Source: an uncultured Dehalococcoidales bacterium (GTDB lineage Bacteria > Chloroflexota > Dehalococcoidia > Dehalococcoidales > W111). From it: 56,818 bases of DNA. Position 1 is the first letter of the stretch. Each line of letters begins with the position of its first letter. Shown piece by piece: positions 43,777 through 53,223 of this stretch. The stretch covers positions 1 through 56,818 of the forward strand of contig CAZNSC010000003.1 in assembly GCA_964575695.1 (NCBI GenBank), read 5' to 3'. Under the pieces are notes generated by a model that was not told where the DNA came from, made no database searches, and saw only the letters and a list, made by a program, of their open reading frames with translations. The translations under genes and the position numbers were made by a program.

Positions 43777-43992
43777 TTAGACCCGGCGCCCAAGCCTTAC
43801 GGGGCAAGGTAATGAACTGAGGGATGGGTACCCTCCTCCGGCTTGATGACATATGCTCGGACACACATGAGTGCATGTATTACACCCTGTGCACTTGGTG
43901 GCATCAACCACCGCCTGCATTCTCACCTCTTTCATATAATAATGCTCCTCAAAGACTAAGTCGCGTTTCGCATGACCTGCGTATATGTACAC
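43777..43992 (-). pseudogene. Truncated 4Fe-4S ferredoxin-domain gene fragment
   Basis: AVVDATKCTGCNTCTHVCP is a single cluster motif. The sequence then degenerates next to the IS fragment. Confidence 0.3.
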
Positions 43993-44327
43993 ATACTGAA
44001 CACACCTACTTTACCTGAGAATTGGCATTCGCTTGCGTCGATTACACGATCTCTCTTGGAAGTTTGTATGTGTTCGCGTTCCAGGTCGTGTTCAAAAGTT
44101 GGTTATTTTTCCACTAACGCCAAAATAATATTCCCCTCCACGTCCCTTGTCAAGTGGGGGGGCTCGCTCGAATCTTGCCTTTGCGATTAGTCTTTTATCG
44201 CCTCCGCTATTCCATCCGGCTCCTCATTCACGCCGTCCCAACCAGTGGTTATTGATCTCATGGCAAACTAGTCAGAGTCAGCACATTTGTTCTTGAAGTA
44301 GGGAGATTTACTTTAGCACGCTGTATG

Positions 44328-45023
44328 CTAATAAAGTAAGGCATGGATGAACTCGTCAAGGGCTTTGTTGAATTCATCCGGTTTCTCCATGAAAAGGTGA
44401 TGTGTAGCCCCTCGTATTATCACTTTCTTAGCACCCGGAATCTTTTCCGCCAGATAATTGGTAAATTTCATCGGAGTTATGGCATCATTATCTCCGCAGA
44501 TCACTAGAGTAGGTACTCTTATCTTGTGGACCCTGTCCATAATATCAAAGCGATCACAGCAAAGGAGGTCATTTAGCTGAGCCAGCGGTCCTATTTCGAG
44601 GTGTTTTTCCACAATAGCTTCCCGCTCCTCGAGTGACAGGCGACTATAGTCCTCTCTCATCCACTCCATCCATCCATCAAGTTCTCCCCTTACCGCCTGC
44701 TCAAGCCTAACTAGGTATTGGCGGTGCACTCTAAGCCTTGCCCCTGTTCCTGCTAGGACTATCGCACTCAAGCCCTCGGGGTATTTCAGTGCATAGAGCA
44801 TGACTATTGCCCCCCCAAGAGAGTGCCCAGCAAGTATCACTGGCTTGTAACCCCTGTCTTTAATAAACTTATTTGTCCAGTCAGCATATTCCTCGGCACT
44901 CTTGCAAAGATGTCCTTCAGGATGCCCCGGGAGAGTAATAGCCTCAGCATCATCAAAATGGCTAAGCTGTTTATTCCACACCCCACCCCAATCCCCGGAG
45001 CCGTGGATAAAGATCAATTTCAT
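44328..45023 (-). CDS. Alpha/beta hydrolase
   Basis: MKLIFIHGSG, nucleophile elbow GHSLGG and a C-terminal GATHH-type His. ATG 45023 (the ORF opens at 45092). Confidence 0.85.
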   Translation of the reverse strand: MKLIFIHGSGDWGGVWNKQLSHFDDAEAITLPGHPEGHLCKSAEEYADWTNKFIKDRGYKPVILAGHSLGGAIVMLYALKYPEGLSAIVLAGTGARLRVHRQYLVRLEQAVRGELDGWMEWMREDYSRLSLEEREAIVEKHLEIGPLAQLNDLLCCDRFDIMDRVHKIRVPTLVICGDNDAITPMKFTNYLAEKIPGAKKVIIRGATHHLFMEKPDEFNKALDEFIHALLY

Positions 45024-45396
45024 TTTTTCTACCTTCTGGTTCTTATTGTACCACAAGGGATGTTTAGCAACCCTCCAAGGAGTCACGGCCATATTGACCT
45101 GCCCTAGGGATCCACGCTGGGCCAGGCATATTATTTGTAGCTCTTAGAGGAAAGGTTTAAGTCAGGTTTTAATAGCTGCTGCAAGTGTTAAAATATTCTG
45201 CTAGAAATCTCCAACCTATTACACAGATCGTCAGAATGTGTGAATGGAGATGTCATCTATCTGTTAACCGTTGTAAAAAATATAAGATATTTTTTGCATA
45301 TGATGGTTGGTAGACACACCCTGACTCCCAATTATGTGATCTTTGATTCTTAAGATATTATCTATCTGGAGTTCAGTGACTGTTGGCTCTAGTGAA

Positions 45397-48174
45397 TCAT
45401 GCGGTAACTCTCCTTCTTGAGCGTTTGAAAGCCTTAATGATTTCATGAGCGAACAGGAATAAAGCTGCCGCAGCGAAAACACTTACCCAATCGTTAAGGG
45501 TTAAGGGAGCAAATCCCAAAAACCTATTGATGAAAGGTGTGTATATTGCTGTCAGCGTGAATCCAATTGAGATCACAATCGACCACAGTATCTTCTTGTT
45601 ACCCCAAAAATTATTATTGAAAAATGAATCGTAGGTATACCTTCTAGATAAGATATTGGCAAACTGACAGAAAACAATAGTAGCATAACTTAAGGTAGTA
45701 GCCCTTGGATATAAATCATGGGTCATTGTAAGTTCAACTCCTGTGCGCCCCATGAACACCACGAAATTTACAAAACCAAGAGCTCCCATAAGAAATCCCA
45801 AGAACAGGATCTCAGACATTGTGTATCTGTTTAAGATGTGTTCTTGCTGTCTTCGGGGCGGAGAGGTCATAAGATCCCTTGAACTCGGATCAAAGGTAAG
45901 AGCGGTAAGCGGCAAAATCTCTGCCAGCAAATCAATTGCCAGTATTTGAATAACCAGAATTGGGATTGGCCAGCCAAACAAGGCTACCCCAGCCAACCCC
46001 AAAAGAACGATAGCCAGTTCCCCACCGTTGCTAGTTAGAGATGCGATTATTGTCTTCTTCAGGTTGTTATAAATTGTTCTGCCTTCTCGTATTGCATATA
46101 CAAGTGTTGAGAAGCTGTCATCAAGCAGTACAAGTTCAGAAGCTTCCTTGGCAACATCAGTGCCAATACCCCCCATTGCTACGCCGATGTGGGCACTTTT
46201 TAGAGCCGGGGCATCATTGACTCCATCTCCTGTGACTGCAACCACCTCTCCTTTGGCTTTTAACACTTTGACAATTCGCAGTTTATCCTCTGGGGAAACT
46301 CGGGAGAAAATAAGAGACTGATGATCTTTCATAATCTGTGTGAGCTTTTCGTCCTTTGTTTCAGAGAGCTCTTCTCCGGTAATTACAACCGCCTCTTTGT
46401 TTACGGAAGAAAGGTGAATTTGCTTTCCTACTGCCTGTGCTGTGATGGCATGGTCGCCGGTCATTATAAAGGTTTTGATATGTGCTTCATGGGCACTTTC
46501 TACTGCTTCTTTAACGCCTTCCTTTGCAGGGTCATTCATTGCCATCAACCCTAACAAAATTATTTTTTTCTCAACATCATCCATTTCGTAATCATGCTTC
46601 TCATCTTTCAGTTCCCTGTATCCGAATGCTAAGACGCGCATTGCCTTCTTAGAGTATTCGGCATTAAGCATATCCAGCATTTCAGTATCCTTCTTTGTGA
46701 GCTTAGCTGCTTTGCCTCGTTTGTATATGTATTTGCTCACCAAAAGAACAGAATCTATTGCTCCTTTCATACAGAGGACTTTCTTGTTATCAAACTGTCG
46801 AATAGAACTCATCCTTTTCCGTTCAGAATCAAAGGGAAACTCCTTAAGTTCTGGATTTTCTTCATCCTCCTTGGGAGAGCGTGTCCCCAATTTCGTTGAT
46901 ACAGTGATAAGGGCGGCTTCGGTTGGATCACCAATGGGATACCAGCCTGGGTGATCCTTATCAGGTTCATGAATTTCTGCATTAGATGCCATAGTGGCAG
47001 TATCGAGCATGATTTCTATCTTCTCGATCTCGCGCTCCGTCAGTTTCTTACCTTCGGAATCCAGTATATCTCCCTTCGGCTCGTAGCCAACCCCCGAGAC
47101 TTCATATTGATGGCCATCAAACCAAATGTATTTTACAGTCATTTCATTTTTGGTAAGTGTACCAGTTTTATCTGTACAAATGACATTCGTTGATCCCAAG
47201 GTCTCTACAGATGATAGCTTCTTAATAACGGCATTCTTCTTGGCCAAACGAGCTACACCATTCGATAGTGCTACGGTAATTTGCATCGGGAGGGCCTGGG
47301 GAACAACGGCAACTGCAATGCCCAGAGCATAGATGAGTGCAATATTGATACCAAGCCCCTGCCATATGGTGACGCCGAACAGCATAATTGCGATTATTAC
47401 GGCAAATACAGTGATTCTGTTGGCAGTAGACTGCATTTCCAGTTGCAGGGGAGATTTCGCTTTCTTTTCTTCTTGTGTCAGACCTGCAATTCTCCCCAGT
47501 TCTGTATCCATGCCCGTAGCAACGATAATCCCTTTTGCATTACCTGTAGCCACGGTCGTACCCAGAAATGCCATATTGTCACGGTCTGCCAGAGATGATT
47601 TCTTCTTTATAGTGTTACTTTGTTTTTCCTGAGGCATTGACTCACCCGTCAAGGAGAAGTCATTGGTTCTCAGATTAAATGATTCGATTATGCGAATGTC
47701 GGCGGGAACTTTGTCGCCTTCCTCAAGGTATAAAATATCTCCAGGTACCAGTTCTAACTGCGGCAGCTCAATTAATTCACCGTTCCTATAAACTTTGGCA
47801 GGAGATTGCACTAGCTTCTTAAGGGAATACATAATACGTTCTGCCTTGTGTTCCTGGAAATAACCGATAAACGCGTTTATCAGCACAATTATGAACATAA
47901 TTGAGCCACCGCGAAAATCGCCAATAGAAAAAGAAATCACTCCTGCGATGATAAGAATAATTACAAGCACATCTTTAAATTGCAGCAAGAACTGTAACCA
48001 CTTTGGAGTCTTTGCCAAAGTGACGAGCTGATTTTCACCGTATTGAGCGAGTCGTTTTTGGGCTTCCGTGTTCGAAAGACCCTTTTCACTCGTTTTTAGA
48101 GCTGCTAAGCAGTCTTTGACCGTTCTTAAATAGTAATCATTATGTTCTGGCATCGCAGCTTTTCCCTCTGCCAT
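45397..48174 (-). CDS. Cation-transporting P-type ATPase (type II-like; ion specificity unknown)
   Basis: TGES, ICTDKTGTLT, MTGDH, VTGDGVNDAPALK and ~10 TM helices. ATG 48174. Confidence 0.9.
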   Translation of the reverse strand: MAEGKAAMPEHNDYYLRTVKDCLAALKTSEKGLSNTEAQKRLAQYGENQLVTLAKTPKWLQFLLQFKDVLVIILIIAGVISFSIGDFRGGSIMFIIVLINAFIGYFQEHKAERIMYSLKKLVQSPAKVYRNGELIELPQLELVPGDILYLEEGDKVPADIRIIESFNLRTNDFSLTGESMPQEKQSNTIKKKSSLADRDNMAFLGTTVATGNAKGIIVATGMDTELGRIAGLTQEEKKAKSPLQLEMQSTANRITVFAVIIAIMLFGVTIWQGLGINIALIYALGIAVAVVPQALPMQITVALSNGVARLAKKNAVIKKLSSVETLGSTNVICTDKTGTLTKNEMTVKYIWFDGHQYEVSGVGYEPKGDILDSEGKKLTEREIEKIEIMLDTATMASNAEIHEPDKDHPGWYPIGDPTEAALITVSTKLGTRSPKEDEENPELKEFPFDSERKRMSSIRQFDNKKVLCMKGAIDSVLLVSKYIYKRGKAAKLTKKDTEMLDMLNAEYSKKAMRVLAFGYRELKDEKHDYEMDDVEKKIILLGLMAMNDPAKEGVKEAVESAHEAHIKTFIMTGDHAITAQAVGKQIHLSSVNKEAVVITGEELSETKDEKLTQIMKDHQSLIFSRVSPEDKLRIVKVLKAKGEVVAVTGDGVNDAPALKSAHIGVAMGGIGTDVAKEASELVLLDDSFSTLVYAIREGRTIYNNLKKTIIASLTSNGGELAIVLLGLAGVALFGWPIPILVIQILAIDLLAEILPLTALTFDPSSRDLMTSPPRRQQEHILNRYTMSEILFLGFLMGALGFVNFVVFMGRTGVELTMTHDLYPRATTLSYATIVFCQFANILSRRYTYDSFFNNNFWGNKKILWSIVISIGFTLTAIYTPFINRFLGFAPLTLNDWVSVFAAAALFLFAHEIIKAFKRSRRRVTA

Positions 48175-48439
48175 TATATATCGTACAGACAATAATTCTT
48201 TAGTGCTACTTCTTATATATAGATCCTCAGTACAAATGGGATATTTAGGGGACAAAGTCTACTGGACAATTTAGGATTTACTCTTGCTCCTTGAAAAAGT
48301 ACACATGATCCACAGTCAGGTAGTCAATCGCACTAGAGCGGTTTGCTCACCTGACGTCGAGCATGACAAGAACTACCCACCTATTTATGTGGCTATTTTG
48401 CCATCGGGTTTTTCCTATCATAGTGAGTCGAACCGGCAT

Positions 48440-48772
48440 TCAAGTGACAGTAGTTCTGTCCGAATTCTTCACAGAGTCGGTATCATCAACCTTTTGCAGA
48501 CTAAAACGAGCTTGTTCGTCCAGAGACTTTCTCTGATCCTTCCAGGCAGCATGCGGTATCCCTTCAGCTCTGAGTTTACTATCAACTTGTGCCATATCTT
48601 GTCTTATTGATTTTACTCGTTTGCGTAGACCTTCCTTCTTACGTTCAATTTCCTGCTGTCTTTTGAATTCTTCCCATTCCCTTCCAATTGCGGTTTCTTC
48701 TAGCTGACTGATTGTTACCGCTTCCGGTTCTTTTTTCGATTTAGTCTGCAAATCGGCAACTACCTTTTCCAC
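48440..48772 (-). CDS. Hypothetical coiled-coil protein (in frame with 48833-48979 across a TGA)
   Basis: GTG start with no RBS. Charged coiled-coil sequence (EWEEFKRQQEIERKKEGLRKR). Confidence 0.45.
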   Translation of the reverse strand: MEKVVADLQTKSKKEPEAVTISQLEETAIGREWEEFKRQQEIERKKEGLRKRVKSIRQDMAQVDSKLRAEGIPHAAWKDQRKSLDEQARFSLQKVDDTDSVKNSDRTTVT

Positions 48773-48818
48773 GAATGTCAGAGGGTAACCTAAACGTTCG
48801 GCGGTTTTGTCTAGTGCA

Positions 48819-48846
48819 AGGTGATCGCTGACTCAGGCGATCACCT
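48819..48846. repeat. 10-bp perfect inverted repeat with 8-nt loop
   Basis: AGGTGATCGC (48819-48828) / GCGATCACCT (48837-48846). The loop TGACTCAG contains the minus-strand TGA stop of the HTH ORF. Confidence 0.7.
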
Positions 48847-48979
48847 GTCCCGTTGCCTCATTTATTACCATGCGCACAGTAGTTTCACTGTGCCCTGTCC
48901 TGTCTGCAATTTTTCTATGAGAATATAGCCGACCACGGAGCTCAAGTATCTCTTTCTTGTCATCTTTGGACAGTGCCAT
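48833..48979 (-). CDS. Small HTH protein (48 aa)
   Basis: My translation is MALSKDDKKEILELRGRLYSHRKIADRTGHSETTVRMVINEATGQVIA, a resolvase/sigma-r4-type HTH. Confidence 0.5.
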   Translation of the reverse strand: MALSKDDKKEILELRGRLYSHRKIADRTGHSETTVRMVINEATGQVIA

Positions 48980-49244
48980 TTCTTAGACCCCTCGCAACTG
49001 CACCAAATCTGGTGCCTTTTTGCGCCACTATTTAAGGCAAAACTATCGTTTTTTTGGATGATATTTGGTGCATTGCTGATGCACCTCAATTTTTTAACTG
49101 TGCTACTGACGTATTTAGGTACTATCAATTGGCGCGCTAGCTCCTTTAAATTAGAAGTACGGCCGCAACTTGGCCGTGCATGGTCTAGTAAGATTTTAGC
49201 ATTAGAGCAGCTCATTTGGAAGTGAGTAAAAGGGTGGTAGGGAA

Positions 49245-50258
49245 ATGACGATAATCACATTGACTCCAAAGAACAGCAAAGCTTTCTTTTACTCTTGACG
49301 AATTACTCAAGCGCTACGAATTCAGTAATCGAGCCGATGCCAAGAGTGAAAAGACCATCAAATGGTACAATGAAATCTTACAGTCATTTGTTAAGTATTT
49401 GAGAGCAAGTAAGCATTGTCATGATGCATCTATGTTTAATATGGATAGCCTTAGAGGATACATAATTTACTTACGCCAAAGACGCCGTTTCCAGGGGCAC
49501 CCGTACACCCCAGAGCAAGATAAACCACTCTCAGTTGAAACATTACGTTGCCATTGTAGGGCGCTTAAAGCCTTCGCATCGTGGTTGCATATAGAAGACT
49601 ACACCATCGAAAATAGGCTAAAGAATCTCAAGCTACCGAAAGCCCCGGCTAAGATGATGGAGCCCCTGACACCGGAAGAGATAGAACAGATAACTTCGTG
49701 CATAAACATGAATTCACCGACTGGCACACGCAATCACACCATTATCGTAACAGCCCTTGATACAGGCTTGAGAGCGTCCGAAATAGCAGGAATAAGGCTA
49801 GGCAGGCTGAACCTGCAAAGTGGTTATATCAAAGTTATGGGCAAAGGTACCAAAGAGCGTATTGTCCCCATCGGCAAATACGTTCAAATGACCTTGTTGC
49901 ACTACATTGATAAGTGAGGCCCAGGCCCTTGAGTAGTGATTGTGACAACCTGTTCCTCTCGCGAGAAGGAAGACCGATCACCGTAAACACTATTAAACTC
50001 CTGTTTCCCAGACTAGCCAAAGCTTCGGGTATTGCTAGATTGCATGCACACTTATGCCGGCATACTTTCGCTATAAACTACCTGATGAACGGTGGGGACA
50101 TGTTTTCCCTGAGGGAAATACTTGGCCATACTACGCTGGAGATGGTAAATCACTACCTTCACTTCACCAGCGCTCAAATTACAGAGCAACACCACAAGTA
50201 TTCACCTATGGACAGACTACGGGACCAGGCCAAGGTCAAGGTAAGAGCCACTATCTAG
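49245..50258 (+). pseudogene. Tyrosine recombinase/integrase with two frameshifts
   Basis: MTIITLTPKNSKAF (frame a), then FTLDELLKRYEF...TGLRASEI... (frame b, stop at 49917), then ..HLCRHTFA..GHTTLEMVNHYLH (frame c). The shifts are at the T-run 49287-49290 and near 49911. Confidence 0.8.
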
Positions 50259-50293
50259 GTGACTAATACACCATGAACCTAAGTCAGGGTGTC
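50259..50293 (+). repeat. att-like direct repeat, right copy
   Basis: Starts right after the integrase stop codon. See 28908-28940. Confidence 0.45.
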
Positions 50294-50354
50294 GTTAATT
50301 GGATTATTAGTCGGGATAATATCTGAAAAAATGTTCCATTTTCGCGATAGAGTA

Positions 50355-50383
50355 TTGACAACATCGTAAACGAGGACTACACT
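50355..50383 (+). promoter_or_regulatory. Promoter of the candidate sRNA
   Basis: TTGACA (50355-50360), an exact 17-nt spacer and TACACT (50378-50383). Confidence 0.5.
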
Positions 50384-50389
50384 GAACCT

Positions 50390-50506
50390 ACAACATGTTG
50401 TAGATACCTAAAACTGAGTAGCTAGTAGGTGGGTTAGGGGAAAGCAGCGGGGCAAATCAAGGGCACCGGAACCGCTAACAGAATTATGGTGGCTGGTGCC
50501 CTTTTT
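50390..50506 (+). ncRNA. Candidate ~117-nt small RNA
   Basis: Bounded by the promoter above and an intrinsic terminator. The 5' end forms the perfect palindrome CTACAACATGTTGTAG (50388-50403). No ORF with an RBS inside. Confidence 0.45.
50461..50506 (+). terminator. Rho-independent terminator
   Basis: The stem GGGCACCGG..CCGC / G(T)GG..CTGGTGCCC has 9 bp, an AA bulge and 6 more bp, with a 9-nt loop, followed by TTTTT (50502-50506). Confidence 0.65.
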
Positions 50507-50830
50507 ACTGGACAATGTGAGCTATACAACATACTGGTAGCATACCGCACCATGTCAATGGGGCGTGTGGAGGCGGTAGCGAAACCAATCTAGAAAGGTA
50601 GGTGATAGCCTATGTGAAAGCAATAGTTAATACATAAGCACCCCACTATGCCCCATGCCTAGGGGTTGTAACACAACATGAGAAAGGAGACAAATAGAAA
50701 TGAAAGGATTGGGACTGACCAGCACAAAGTTGGTATGATGATACAATAATCAGATATTCTCCCAAGAATATAAGAGCTAAAATGACGAACTAATCCATCA
50801 AATGGCAAAGACACACAGGAGGGGGCTGAA

Positions 50831-51082
50831 ATGGCAACAGAAAACCGAGCGCTGGATGCCCAGAACAAGGCTCAAAGGGAAGCCAAGAGAATATCTGATG
50901 AGACTTGGGATCGGGCAGACGAGGCCTATAAAGAGGCTAAGAAGCAAGCGGATATGGTCTACAAAGAGGCTAAGAAAACAGCTGTTGATAAGCAGGCTAA
51001 GAAAGAAGTCGACGAAGCTCATAAGGAGGCACTAAAGCAAGCCAAGCAAGTCTGGGACGAGGCTACACGCAAATTACGGTAG
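50831..51082 (+). CDS. Lys/Ala/Glu-rich helical repeat protein (83 aa)
   Basis: AGGAGGGGG RBS. Repeated (E/D)AxKEAKKxA units. Confidence 0.6.
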   Translation: MATENRALDAQNKAQREAKRISDETWDRADEAYKEAKKQADMVYKEAKKTAVDKQAKKEVDEAHKEALKQAKQVWDEATRKLR

Positions 51083-51167
51083 GGAAGAAATCCTTAAAGA
51101 GGGCCGTCCGAAAAATCTGGGGGCAGGTCACATCAGGCTAAACCTGGATATTTAAGGAGGTGAAACT

Positions 51168-51590
51168 GTGACTACTAATACTGAACAGTTCGTTAAGAAC
51201 TTATGGGCAGCATGGAATTCTCATGATTGGGAGAAAACGTCTCCCTTTTATGCAGATGACTGCATTATGGAAGATTTACCCTCAAAAACTTGTCATGGTA
51301 AGCGGGAACTTGAAGCTTATTATCAGTATCTACTTGAAGGGTATCCCGATATAAACTTCGAAGCAAAGAGGACTTTTGGTAACGATAACCAAATCGCCAC
51401 CGAGTGGATAATGAGTGGGACACATACAGGTAATACTGCAAGATTCAAAGCTACTGGCAAGAGATTTTCGATACAAGGTGCTTCTCTTCTGGAAATTCAA
51501 AGTGGTAAAGTCATCCGTGAAACAGACTATTGGGACATGCATTCACTACTGCAGCAACTTGGATTAATGCCGCCAATAGGACAGAAGTAA
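51168..51590 (+). CDS. SnoaL-like (NTF2-fold) ester cyclase family protein
   Basis: LWAAWNSHDWEK...GKRELEAYYQYLLEGYPD...EWIMSGTHTG pattern. GTG start after AAGGAGGTG. Confidence 0.75.
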   Translation: MTTNTEQFVKNLWAAWNSHDWEKTSPFYADDCIMEDLPSKTCHGKRELEAYYQYLLEGYPDINFEAKRTFGNDNQIATEWIMSGTHTGNTARFKATGKRFSIQGASLLEIQSGKVIRETDYWDMHSLLQQLGLMPPIGQK

Positions 51591-51623
51591 ACAAAAAGTA
51601 GCGGCGACTGGGGTTGAACATCC

Positions 51624-51937
51624 TTATTCCCTCTTCATTTTCTTGATCTCTTCCTCTATGGCTGCCCTTTCTCCACGGATACTTGTCTTAAATACAAAAA
51701 CCTCTAAAAAGTTAACCACGACAAAAACTCCCCATATTGTGAGAGGCCAAAGAAACCACTTACCTCCTGTCCAATCACCACTGCCGATTGTGGGACCACC
51801 TGATAGAGCCCAAATAATTATTAGGACGACATTTACTGACAGGTAAGCTCCAAGGGGTGACGGTAAAATCGCTGCTTGGCTTTTACTCTCTTCTTAGCTT
51901 CTTCATATATCTCTTGTTCAGACATTTCTGTTGGCAT
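51624..51937 (-). pseudogene. 2TM-domain protein, frameshifted at a C4 run
   Basis: MPTEMSEQEIYEEAKKRVKAKQRFYRH then a stop. Adding one C at 51855-51858 (plus-strand GGGG) gives ...LGAYLSVNVVLIIIWALSGG...WFLWPL.. through the stop at 51624. Confidence 0.6.
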
Positions 51938-52020
51938 TTCTCAGTCCTCCTAAATGAACGTTTGGATAATTCTATCACAAGCTAGTTGATTTTCAATACA
52001 CTATAATAGAGAATAAAAAG

Positions 52021-52065
52021 TGGCAGCAGCTGGATTTAACCAGCGACCAAGGGCTTATGAGAGCC
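52021..52065 (-). other. tRNA-Met-like 3' fragment (anticodon loop to acceptor), not an intact tRNA
   Basis: The minus strand reads GGCTCTCATAAGCCCTTGGTCGCTGGTTAAATCCAGCTGCTGCCA. It has a CTCATAA loop, GGTC and a T-arm GCTGG/CCAGC with a 6-nt TTAAAT loop. There is no matching 5' half. Confidence 0.35.
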
Positions 52066-52236
52066 AGGTTCGCTACCCTCTCTCAAATCTGGAAAGGGCA
52101 CTAGCTACTATTTATATGCAGCTGTATCCAGCAGTTCCAGTACCCTCGTTTCATCACCCTCAAATTCAATAACTCAATTGTATATATATTCCTTCGGCTA
52201 TTTTCCTTCGGCCTGTTCCATTATGGTTGCTTGAGT

Positions 52237-52665
52237 TTAGCTCTCTAGCCTGTCCTTTAAATTAGCCATGGCTAGGTCAGCTTCCCGTTCGTTCTGCCGC
52301 AACACCAGCCGTTCACCTACGTTACCAATAACCGGAACCGGTATAGTATAATCAACTACCAATGTTAATTGAGTTCCATCACCCCTAGGTCTAGTTGTCC
52401 AAATCCAAGTGCTAATTATACCGCCAGTGCTATTAGTGATATATCTCTCATTAGATTCGTACTCTATTACTTCGCTTTTACCTTTGAGAGAAATGCCCAT
52501 CATCTTGTAGGTCCAGCTATAGCGCTGTCCTACTCCTTGCCCTCTAATATCCCGGATGTCGGTGATACTCGGGACAATCTCTAACTCATTTTTAGGGTCA
52601 GTAATATAGGTGAATACTTTTTCTACAGGGGCGTTTATGGTGATACTTCTTTCGACCCTTGCCAT
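52237..52665 (-). CDS. SRPBCC (START/polyketide cyclase-like) protein
   Basis: MARVERSITINAPVEKVFTYITDP.. is typical of the family. ATG 52665 after AAGGAG. Confidence 0.8.
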   Translation of the reverse strand: MARVERSITINAPVEKVFTYITDPKNELEIVPSITDIRDIRGQGVGQRYSWTYKMMGISLKGKSEVIEYESNERYITNSTGGIISTWIWTTRPRGDGTQLTLVVDYTIPVPVIGNVGERLVLRQNEREADLAMANLKDRLES

Positions 52666-52850
52666 TTTCAGAACTCCTTTTTCAGTGTTTTCTAAGGGGA
52701 CGTGAGTTGACTCTTGCATCAAGGTTTTATCAATCTCACGCCTATCGCACCTTTTCGAATCCAAATCATACTACTACTGAGATTAAGAGGCACAGATTTT
52801 GGAGTATACGCCTCTACTATTGTCGCAGCGATCGAATACATATCCGAAAA

Positions 52851-53201
52851 TCACTCATATTCCTTGGGCACTGCACAAATCATAATGAATGGCTGGCTTT
52901 TTGACTTGTTCTTATATTGGTGCTTTTCTCCAGGCAGTACTAGAGCAAAATCTCCCTTCTTAAACTCAGCCTCTTCACCATTCTGATGCACTATTGCACC
53001 ATTGCCCTCAATAACGTAGTTGACGTGCTCTGAATTGTGTTCATGAAATGGAGTATGACCATCCGGCTCAATTGTAAATACTCTAAACGAGAAGGTTGGT
53101 GAGCCATCGGCTTTCGATATAGGAACCTGTTTGAATGCCTTCTCAGCCCCTTCCATATCAACAGGTAATTTTTCAGTTGTTTGCAGATTGCATATTTTCA
53201 A
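52851..53201 (-). CDS. Cupin domain protein
   Basis: Cupin motif 1 GHTPFHEHNSEHVNYVIEGNG and motif 2 GDFALVLPGEKHQYKN. Confidence 0.85.
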   Translation of the reverse strand: MKICNLQTTEKLPVDMEGAEKAFKQVPISKADGSPTFSFRVFTIEPDGHTPFHEHNSEHVNYVIEGNGAIVHQNGEEAEFKKGDFALVLPGEKHQYKNKSKSQPFIMICAVPKEYE

Positions 53202-53223
53202 TATTGTCCTCCTGAGTTCGTTT

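Noticed and set aside
48865-49215. 116-aa minus-strand ORF upstream of the integrase.
   Set aside because: It overlaps the better-supported 48-aa HTH ORF in another frame and the integrase promoter/RBS region. No RBS and no motif.
52021-52100. An intact tRNA gene on the minus strand.
   Set aside because: Only the 3' half is tRNA-like. No complementary 5' acceptor strand or D-arm is present, the T-loop is 6 nt and the anticodon stem pairs poorly. I report it as a fragment only.
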